Of a DNA stretch of 39,125 bases, positions 28,785-39,125 are shown piece by piece (position 1 is the first letter of the stretch; every line of letters starts with the position of its first letter). Source of the DNA: Gammaproteobacteria bacterium (lineage in GTDB: Bacteria; Pseudomonadota; Gammaproteobacteria; Natronospirales; REEB76). The notes below the pieces were generated by a model, which did no database searches, was not told the DNA's origin, and saw only the letters and a program-made list of their open reading frames with translations. The DNA lies in NCBI GenBank assembly GCA_018971365.1, contig JAGXAZ010000003.1, positions 1 to 39,125 of the forward strand, in the 5' to 3' direction. Both the position numbers and the translations under genes were made by a program.

Positions 28785-30839
28785 ATGAAACGGCCGCTGA
28801 TCGCCCTGGTGATTGCGCTGCTGGCCGGCGCCGCAGTTGCCAAGGGAAACACCCAAACCCATCCATTCAACGCCACCGACCTCGCCATGATGGACCGCGT
28901 GAGCGATCCGCAACTCTCGCCGCACGGTTTCCGCGCCGCCTTTGCGGTAGCTGAGACCGATTGGGCCGCCAACAAGCGTGTCAGCAGCATCTGGATTCTG
29001 GACCTGGACCGGAGCGATGCTACGCCGCAAAAAATCATGCAGGGCGAAAGTCCGCGCTGGTCGCCGGACGGCAAGACTCTGTATTTCCTCTCCGACAAAT
29101 CCGGTTCCAGTCAGTTGTGGAGCGTATCCGCCGGTGGCGGCGGCGCCGAGCAGGTGAGCCATTTGCCGCTGGACATCAACAACTTCAAGGTTTCGCCCGA
29201 CGGCCGCCACATTCTGCTGTCCATGGATGTGTTCACGGATTGCAGTGATCTCGCCTGCAGCAAGGCGCGGCTGGACGCACGCGCCACCGACAAGGCCACC
29301 GGCCGGCTGTACGACAAACTGTTCGTGCGCCACTGGAACGTGTGGATGGACGGCCGACGCTCGCAGTTGTTCATGGCGACCATCAGCCCTGATGGCCGCC
29401 TCGCCGGCAGTCCCGTGTGGCTCACCAAGGACATTGACGGCGACATCCCCTCCAAGCCCGAAGGCGACGATAGCGAATACGGCTTCTCGCCGGACGGTAG
29501 AACCGTGTTTTTCGATGCCAAGATCGGCGGCTCGATCCAAGCCTGGTCCACAAACTTCGACGTGTATTCGGTGCCGGCGGACGGTTCCACCAAGCCCGTG
29601 GACCTGACCGCAAAGAATCTTGCCTGGGATGGATACCCTCTGGTCTCGCCGGACGGCAAGACGCTGTATTACCTGGCCATGAAGACGCCCGGCTTTGAAG
29701 CCGACCGCTTCGCCATCATGGCGCGCGACCTCGCCAGCGGCGCGACCCGCGAAGTGGACCCGCACTGGGACCGCAGCGCCGGCCCGCTGCAAATCTCGGC
29801 CGATGGCAAAACGCTCTATACCACCGCCGACGACGACGGCAGTCATCCGCTGTTCGCGGTGGATGTCGCCAACGGCAAAGTCATGCGCCTGCTCGGCGAC
29901 GGCACGGTGTACGGCTTCGACGCCGTCGGCGACCGCATCCTCGCGGCACGCGCCGATTTCCAGCATCCGGCTGACCTTTACATTCTCACGCCGCAGGGCA
30001 CCGACTTCACGCAGGTCACGCATTTCAACCAGGCGCGCCTTGCGGACGTCCGCTTCGCCAAGGCGCGGTGGTTCACCTTCAAGGGCTGGAGCGGGGACAC
30101 GGTGCAGGGCTACGTGATGCCGCCGGTGGATTACGTGCCGGGCAAGAAATATCCGGTGGCATTTCTGATCCACGGCGGACCGCAAGGCGCCTGGCTCAAT
30201 GAATTCCACTATCGCTGGAATCCGGAAACCTACGCCGGTGCCGGGTTTGCGGTGGTAGCCATCAATTTCCACGGCTCCACCGGCTACGGACAGACGTTCA
30301 CCAACGCCATCTCGGAGCACTGGGGCGACCGGCCGATGATTGACCTGCAGAAAGGCTGGGCCGCGGCGCTAAAGCAATTTCCGTTCCTGGACCGCCACCG
30401 CGCCTGCGCGCTGGGCGCGAGTTACGGCGGCTACATGGTGTACTGGATTGCGGGCGTATGGAACAAGCCGTGGAAGTGCCTCGTGGATCATGACGGCGTG
30501 TTCGACACCCGCATGATGTACTACGCCACCGACGAACTGTGGTTCGAGGAACACGAGAACGGCGGCACACAGTACGACCATCCGACCAACTACGAGAAAT
30601 TCAACCCGCTGGATCACGTAAAGAACTGGCGCGTGCCCATGCTGGTGGTGCACAGCAACCATGACTATCGCATCCCGCTGTCGCAGGGGCTGGGCGCCTT
30701 CACGGCCTTGCAGCGCCGCGGCATCCCGAGTGAATTTCTCAACTTCCCGGACGAAACCCATTTCGTCTCCAAGCCGCAGAACAGCGTGCTCTGGCATCGC
30801 ACGGTATTGGACTGGCTGAAGCGCTGGACGGAGAAATGA
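28785..30839 (+). CDS. Exported S9-family peptidase (acylaminoacyl/dipeptidyl peptidase-like)
   Basis: Signal peptide, repeated SPDG propeller motifs, IHGGPQ, nucleophile GASYGG, DYRIP, DETH. Confidence 0.93.
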   Translation: MKRPLIALVIALLAGAAVAKGNTQTHPFNATDLAMMDRVSDPQLSPHGFRAAFAVAETDWAANKRVSSIWILDLDRSDATPQKIMQGESPRWSPDGKTLYFLSDKSGSSQLWSVSAGGGGAEQVSHLPLDINNFKVSPDGRHILLSMDVFTDCSDLACSKARLDARATDKATGRLYDKLFVRHWNVWMDGRRSQLFMATISPDGRLAGSPVWLTKDIDGDIPSKPEGDDSEYGFSPDGRTVFFDAKIGGSIQAWSTNFDVYSVPADGSTKPVDLTAKNLAWDGYPLVSPDGKTLYYLAMKTPGFEADRFAIMARDLASGATREVDPHWDRSAGPLQISADGKTLYTTADDDGSHPLFAVDVANGKVMRLLGDGTVYGFDAVGDRILAARADFQHPADLYILTPQGTDFTQVTHFNQARLADVRFAKARWFTFKGWSGDTVQGYVMPPVDYVPGKKYPVAFLIHGGPQGAWLNEFHYRWNPETYAGAGFAVVAINFHGSTGYGQTFTNAISEHWGDRPMIDLQKGWAAALKQFPFLDRHRACALGASYGGYMVYWIAGVWNKPWKCLVDHDGVFDTRMMYYATDELWFEEHENGGTQYDHPTNYEKFNPLDHVKNWRVPMLVVHSNHDYRIPLSQGLGAFTALQRRGIPSEFLNFPDETHFVSKPQNSVLWHRTVLDWLKRWTEK

Positions 30840-30848
30840 TTTATAAAT

Positions 30849-30890
30849 TGTGGGAGCGGCTTTAGCCGCGATGTAATCGGTAATCGCGGC
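30849..30890. repeat. REP element with degenerate inverted partner
   Basis: TGTGGGAGCGGCTTTAGCCGCGA (GTRG-type REP with an internal palindrome) 10 nt after the peptidase stop, then a partial inverted copy ATCGCGGC. Confidence 0.7.
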
Positions 30891-30923
30891 AAGCATACCG
30901 CTGGTCCGCGGTGTTCCCGCTAT

Positions 30924-31470
30924 TTATGGCCGTACATTCAAGGAGTACCAGTCTTTCGCATTCGGCAGATGCACAAATATGTGGTAGGCGAGGGCATCCC
31001 GGGCGTTATGGATGCCGATGAAGAACAGCAGCAGGACTGCAGCTCCGATGCCAAACAGCGCAGCGCTTTCATGCAGTGGAGCCACAAATGCCGCCAATAC
31101 CAGCACAGGCGAGCAACGGCGATAACGCATGAAACGGCCAATCCTCGAATACGGGTTTGTATGCGCCTTGCAGCCGCATGCGGCGCGCAACCAACAGCAT
31201 GTACATACACCACACCGCCGAACCCGGCGAGGCCCCAAGGCACTGCGGCTGCGTTAGAGGCATGCCATCGCACACGCATCAATGCCGACAGCAGCAGTGT
31301 CGCGCTGAAATGTACAATCGTCGGAGTCGCAAACGCCGGTCCGGCTTCCGAAACGCCCGTGGCGGTCGTACGGCGATGAGTGTCAAAACCACAAACTGCA
31401 AGCCAATCAGCGCGCCCGCCGCGGTACCGACGATCTCATAGAAACTGTCCCGGGCGGCAAGTTCTAACAT
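30924..31470 (-). pseudogene. Frameshifted small multi-TM membrane protein gene
   Basis: Four protein-like segments that require three frameshifts (near 31358, 31204 and 31107): DSFYEIVGTAAGALIGLQFVVLTLIA / AFATPTIVHFSATLLLSAL / ARRMRLQGAYKPVFEDW / ALFGIGAAVLLLFFIGIHNARDALAYHIFV. Confidence 0.75.
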
Positions 31471-31644
31471 AGTAAAACCTTAATCGCTTGGGCTCTGTGG
31501 AGTCCGGCTCCCAAACCACCCAGAACGTTAAGCCAGCTTCGAACCGTGCGTTCCGGCATAGGCGAGCCGACACTTCTGCCATTCGCGGTTGCCGGGTCAC
31601 ATTTCCACACCGACATAAGGCATTCACTCTCCCTTGCTTGGCGC

Positions 31645-33733
<2,089 letters not shown>

Positions 33734-33751
33734 AGTTTCTCCTTCGGATGT

Positions 33752-33895
33752 TTACTCATTTAGCAGCGCGTGCGCCGCATTAGTGGGCGGATGCAACGCC
33801 CCTTCCATCAGAAAATCGCTGCCACGCAGATTGCCGGTGAAGTATCCGGCCGGCCCTTTCACGGAAAGCCGGGAACCGTTGCGCTTGAAGTCCGT
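33752..33895 (-). pseudogene. Chimeric relic: cupin N-terminus fused to an SDR C-terminus
   Basis: From ACG: TDFKRNGSRLSVKGPAGYFTGNLR (cupin-type MxIKRxGSQPSxKGPADYFTGxVR), then GSDFLMEG and, after a frameshift, GVASAH*CGARAAK* (SDR-type TGSDFLMDGGVTAAYWYG end). Consensus strings recalled from memory. Confidence 0.6.
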
Positions 33896-34002
33896 GTGCA
33901 GACCTGGGCTTGGTCGGGCAGGAGCGCTCGCCTCTGACGGCTGACTGCAAAATTTAGCAGACGCCCCTGCATTTGATTAGGTGGTAGGATTCGCATGGAT
34001 AT

Positions 34003-34017
34003 ATGAACAGGATTCAT
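34003..34017. promoter_or_regulatory. LysR-type recognition site
   Basis: ATGAA-CAGGA-TTCAT inverted repeat containing T-N11-A, abutting the LysR start codon. Confidence 0.6.
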
Positions 34018-34019
34018 GA

Positions 34020-34913
34020 ATGCTGCGCGAAAATCTCAACGACCTCCTGGCCTTCCTCACGGTGGCACAGGAGCGCAGCTTCACCCGGGCGGCGGCGAAG
34101 TTCGGGGTGTCGCAATCCGCCCTCAGCCACACGGTCCGCGGGCTGGAGGAGCGGCTCGGCGTCCGGTTGCTGACGCGTACCACGCGCAGCGTTTCCGCCA
34201 CCGAAGCCGGCGAACGCCTGTGGCAAAGCGTGGGCCCCAGGTTCGAGGAAATCGAGGCCGAACTGGCGGCGATAGGCGAATTTCGGGAAAAGCCCGCCGG
34301 CAGCATCCGGATTACGGCCGGTGAGCACGCCGTCAGCACGCTCCTCTGGCCGAAGCTGGCGAAGTTCCTGCCGCGCTATCCGGAAATCCGGGTGGAAATC
34401 AGCGTGGACAACACACTGACCGACATCGTGGCCGAGCGCTACGACGCGGGTGTGCGCTTCGGCGAACAGGTGGCAAAGGACATGATCGCGGTCCGCATCG
34501 GACCGGATATCCGCATGGCCGTGGTGGGCGCGCCTGCATATTTCGCTAAGCGCGCGCCACCCCAAAAACCGCAGGACCTGACCGGGCATAACTGCATCAA
34601 CCTGCGCCTGCCGACTTACGGCGGACTATACGCCTGGGAGTTCGAGCAGGGCCGCCGCGAACTGAAGGTGCACGTCGAGGGTCAGTTGGTCTTCAATAAC
34701 ATCGCCCAGGTGCTGAATGCCGCCTTGGCAAGTTTCGGTTTGGCGTATATTCCGGAAGACACGGTAAAACCGCATCTTGCCGCAGGACGCCTCAAACGGG
34801 TGCTTGAAGACTGGTGTCCGCCATTTCCGGGATACCATCTCTACTATCCGAGCCGCCGTCAGCATTCCAAGGCCTTCGCCCTGCTGGTGGAGGCACTGCG
34901 CTACCGAACTTAG
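34020..34913 (+). CDS. LysR-family regulator (CrgA/PgrR-like), divergent from the oxidoreductase module
   Basis: SFTRAAAKFGVSQSALSHTVRGLEERLGVRLLTRTTRSVS; DIVAERYDAGVRFGE; YHLYYPSRR. Confidence 0.96.
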   Translation: MLRENLNDLLAFLTVAQERSFTRAAAKFGVSQSALSHTVRGLEERLGVRLLTRTTRSVSATEAGERLWQSVGPRFEEIEAELAAIGEFREKPAGSIRITAGEHAVSTLLWPKLAKFLPRYPEIRVEISVDNTLTDIVAERYDAGVRFGEQVAKDMIAVRIGPDIRMAVVGAPAYFAKRAPPQKPQDLTGHNCINLRLPTYGGLYAWEFEQGRRELKVHVEGQLVFNNIAQVLNAALASFGLAYIPEDTVKPHLAAGRLKRVLEDWCPPFPGYHLYYPSRRQHSKAFALLVEALRYRT

Positions 34914-35028
34914 CGCGGTGAAAATTGCTCTAGCCGAAGACCGGACGAATTGCAGGAGCGCCTACCAAAGAACGATTAACAAGGAAACTCTGGCTGGCGG
35001 ATCAGCGCTCTGCTCTTGCACCGCCTGT

Positions 35029-36270
<1,242 letters not shown>

Positions 36271-36330
36271 AAACGATTCCTTGTGGATTTTGTCAGTCAG
36301 TAAGTGTTTTGCGGAAACGGGACCATATTT

Positions 36331-36395
36331 TGGGAGCGGCGATATTCACCGCGATCTTCGAAGCAAGAATCGCGATGGGGACCATCGCTCCCACA
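36331..36395. repeat. Inverted REP doublet (REPIN-like)
   Basis: Left arm TGGGAGCGGCGATATTCACCGCGAT. The right arm read on the minus strand is TGTGGGAGCGATGGTCCCCATCGCGAT. Both share the TGGGAGCG...CGCGAT frame with the REP at 30849. Confidence 0.7.
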
Positions 36396-36418
36396 AGATT
36401 AAGAAATCAAGTTGCCAA

Positions 36419-37339
36419 TTATACCGAAGCAGGTGTAATCAATGGACCCTGCAACGCGAGTGTGCCGGAGCGTCCCGGAATTTCGCCCATCACTACTTCG
36501 TGCACCGGCAGAGTCTTGCGATCCAACTTCGCAGCGATGTCGCGTGTGGCCACCAATTCATAGCCCTGCGCTTTCCAGCCAGAAAGCAGCTTCTCGAATA
36601 CCGGCATCAGTGCCATGCCTTCCAGTTCCGCATGCAGCGTATAGACATGGCCGTGAGCGGGAGCGCGCTCGGTAAGCGTGAGCAAATGATCCGCCACGTT
36701 TTCAACCTTAATGCCACCTGTCCCGACAAGCTCATCGAGCGTCGGCAGCGAAGTGGGCAGTTGCGGCACGCTGAATGTCCGTCCGCCCATCCTGGGCAGG
36801 AATGGATCTGTGCCACGGGTGTCGCTGGCGTAATCGAACCGGAATTGCTCCTGCAGCGCCAGCACGTGCGGGTTGATCTGCCAGCCGGCCGCGCCGAAGG
36901 TCTTGGGCGCAGTGCCGAACACCTGACCAAAGCGCGCCACGGCCTTACTGAATTCACGCGCGGTCCACTCGGCATCGCGGCGCGCCACGAAATCCTGCCA
37001 GCGGATATGGTCCCAGGTGTGGATGCCCACCTCGAAACCGGCATCACGCACCGCACGCATCGTGCCCGCGCCCTGCACGCCTATGTCGGGCCCCGGAATC
37101 AGCGTGCCGTACATTAGCGTCTTCAGGCCGTAGTTGCCGGCGACGTTGGTGCGGAACACTTTTTTCAGGAATCCCGGCCGGAATATGCGCCGCAACGCGC
37201 GGCCGGTGTTGTCCGGCCCGAGACTGAACAAAAAGGTGGCTTGGGCACCATGCTTTTGGAGCACCGAAACCAGCGCCGGTACGCCTTCCAACGTGCCGCG
37301 CAGGGTATCCACGTCGATCTTCAGGGCGAGTTGTTTCAA
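36419..37339 (-). CDS. arnD: Polysaccharide deacetylase family protein, ArnD-like deformylase
   Basis: LKIDVDTLRGTLEGVPAL, ATFLFSLGPDNTGRA, YGTLIPGPDIG, HTWDHIRWQ, YASDTRG, LPTLDE, YTLHAELEG; TTG start overlapping the upstream TGA. Confidence 0.8.
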   Translation of the reverse strand: MKQLALKIDVDTLRGTLEGVPALVSVLQKHGAQATFLFSLGPDNTGRALRRIFRPGFLKKVFRTNVAGNYGLKTLMYGTLIPGPDIGVQGAGTMRAVRDAGFEVGIHTWDHIRWQDFVARRDAEWTAREFSKAVARFGQVFGTAPKTFGAAGWQINPHVLALQEQFRFDYASDTRGTDPFLPRMGGRTFSVPQLPTSLPTLDELVGTGGIKVENVADHLLTLTERAPAHGHVYTLHAELEGMALMPVFEKLLSGWKAQGYELVATRDIAAKLDRKTLPVHEVVMGEIPGRSGTLALQGPLITPASV

Positions 37340-39081
37340 CTTTCTACCCAGCCGGTTTCAAGACTGAGCGCCTGCGCGCGGGTCGATTCCGGATTGAGAA
37401 CGCCGCGAGCTACGGCGCGTATAAAATTCCGGTCCTCGCGTGCATTGATGATAAACATCGCCGCACCCATCTGGCGTGCCACTTGCGTCAACAGCTTGCG
37501 CTCCTCGGCAGCGTAATGCTCCCCGGGCCGGTTAGCGCATACCAGCGCCCCCTGCAATTCACCGAACGCGGTCATGGGGAACACATATCCGTCGGTCCCA
37601 AGCGCGCTCGTCAGTTCTGACAGGTCAACCTCATTTTGCCCGGTGCGTGCCGCGGCGAAGGCGGCATCGTCAATTTTCACACTCTCCGGGTAGGCATTCT
37701 CCCACTCGCGGCGTGCCGCGGTGTATCTGTCACCTTTACGCAGGTATATGGCGACACCGGGCGTGCCCAGCTTCTCACGCAGGGTTTGCATGGCCACAGT
37801 CAATAGTTCCTCGATATGTTCATAGCCTCCACAGTGGTGTGCGAAGCGTCGCAGCGCCTTCTCCGCTAGGTATTTTTTCCGGAAGAACACCTGCTCCACG
37901 ATCCGATCCAGGTACGTCCGCACCCGGCTGAGCACAATGCCCAAGGCCAGCGGCACGATGACCTGCACCAGCAGGCTTGCGTTGGTACCGAGGGCCGCGT
38001 GTTCCACGAGACTGTTGACGGCGGCGAGAATGCCGACCACGAGTGCGGTCATGCCGCCATATACCAAGGTGCGATCAATGAACACGGAAACATCCACCAC
38101 CCGGTGGCGCAGCACCGCATACAGGAAGCCCGTCATAGCGGCCACAAACATAAAACTATACGTTATATTTAAAGCCAAAAACCCCAGTAGGTGTGTGTCA
38201 CTTATAAAAATGCCCACCACAAACACCCCACTGCTCCACAGCATCCAGCGCAGGCGCAGACGCCACACCCGCTCCGCACGGCGATAGCTTGCGAACAGCA
38301 GCGCGACCGGGACGAGGTAACTGGCGGGCAAGGAAAAACCATACCGGGACCGCCACAGTTCCGCCCAGCCCGTGGCCACGAAGACGAGGTATCCGCCAAT
38401 CGCCCAGATGATCCCGACACCGAGGAGCAGGAGAAAGCTCCCGCGCCAGAGCGCCCTGGCCCGTGGGGTGAGCATGGTGCCTACCATGGATTCCACCAGC
38501 ATGTAGAAACCGACCCGCGCGAGCAGGAAAAGGATGATCATTCCCAGCAGGACGCTCAACCCTAGCATCCCATTGAGCGGTACCCCCAGACCAGCGGTGC
38601 CGGCCAGAAAGGCGATCGCCCAGAGCGCCAAGCCTGCGGCCGCCCGGTCACGGCCGCGCCACAAAGCGAGCAACGCAATCCCGCTGAGCAGCACATAGAA
38701 ACAAAGCGATGCCCACTCAAACCACCGCACACCGGTGACGGTGCTGCGATCCACACTCGTGATCGGGACCATGACCACGGTCCCGCGCCGGCGAATCACG
38801 AACTCATAGGTGCGCCCCAGCGGGAGGGTTCCCAGTATGTAGCTGATGCCTATCCCGATGCGGGTCGAGCGCGGCGTGGCGGCGAGATCGATCTGATCGC
38901 CTGCCTTAAGGGCCTTCGGTAACGAAACGCCTGGAATCGGCTCGATGACACCGGTATGCGCGCTCACTATGTTGATAGCGAATGGCAATCCGGAGCGCCT
39001 GAATACCATAAAACCGGAATAGGCACAGGCCAGCACGACGAAAACCGTGATGAGAATCAAAAGCCCGTAGCGGCGAGGCAT
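37336..39081 (-). CDS. Multi-pass membrane protein with an extracytoplasmic PDZ-like segment and C-terminal GAF-like domain
   Basis: AGGAG RBS; TM, soluble segment (LKAGDQID...YEFVIRRRGTVVMVPIT), about eight further TMs, LYAVLRHRVVDVSVFIDRTLVY, then VFPMTAFGELQGALVC.NRPGEHYAAEERKLLTQVARQMGAA. Confidence 0.8.
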   Translation of the reverse strand: MPRRYGLLILITVFVVLACAYSGFMVFRRSGLPFAINIVSAHTGVIEPIPGVSLPKALKAGDQIDLAATPRSTRIGIGISYILGTLPLGRTYEFVIRRRGTVVMVPITSVDRSTVTGVRWFEWASLCFYVLLSGIALLALWRGRDRAAAGLALWAIAFLAGTAGLGVPLNGMLGLSVLLGMIILFLLARVGFYMLVESMVGTMLTPRARALWRGSFLLLLGVGIIWAIGGYLVFVATGWAELWRSRYGFSLPASYLVPVALLFASYRRAERVWRLRLRWMLWSSGVFVVGIFISDTHLLGFLALNITYSFMFVAAMTGFLYAVLRHRVVDVSVFIDRTLVYGGMTALVVGILAAVNSLVEHAALGTNASLLVQVIVPLALGIVLSRVRTYLDRIVEQVFFRKKYLAEKALRRFAHHCGGYEHIEELLTVAMQTLREKLGTPGVAIYLRKGDRYTAARREWENAYPESVKIDDAAFAAARTGQNEVDLSELTSALGTDGYVFPMTAFGELQGALVCANRPGEHYAAEERKLLTQVARQMGAAMFIINAREDRNFIRAVARGVLNPESTRAQALSLETGWVES

Positions 39082-39125
39082 GGCAATCTCCTGTTAACGT
39101 TATATCGAAGCGTGCGCAATGCGCA

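Noticed and set aside
28900-29830. Recurring TCGCCGGACGG-like DNA repeats, considered as a possible array
   Set aside because: They encode the SPDG turns of the S9 peptidase beta-propeller; spacing is irregular and there are no cas genes.
28680-30320. 546-aa minus-strand ORF, and similar long antisense ORFs at 12434-13792, 13906-15174, 7302-8309 and 34777-35724
   Set aside because: Each lies opposite a well-supported gene and has no recognisable motifs.

Overview
GC-rich, gene-dense chromosomal window from a proteobacterium, most likely Gammaproteobacteria (CTGT-N8-ACAG SOS box at lexA, GTGGGAGCG-type REPs). No rRNA, tRNA, CRISPR array, integrase or transposase was seen. Content in order: 5' end of typA/bipA, divergent from an RRM RNA-binding protein; a YknWXYZ/MacAB-like exporter with a Yip1 protein and two paralogous permeases, running into a GDPD / short GlpD-like / divergent GlpK-like trio; an internally deleted methyltransferase; an orphan lipoprotein; BON, GGDEF, DUF3301, APC permease, arfB and HD-GYP genes; a small Asr-like protein; a minus-strand run csoR-copA-AKR-GST-hypothetical-lexA; putA; a fold-type IV PLP enzyme coupled to a sulfotransferase-like protein; an S9 peptidase; a decaying LysR/ADH/AKR module with two gene relics; icd; an arnD-like deformylase; and a membrane/GAF protein with no output domain. 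The best candidate for an undescribed system is the PLP enzyme plus sulfotransferase-like pair (26932-28628). By eye, the enzyme lacks both the canonical Schiff-base Lys (now Asn, with a Lys four residues later) and the pyridine-N1 Glu (now Thr), which suggests chemistry other than transamination. All family calls come from motif recognition without database searches.
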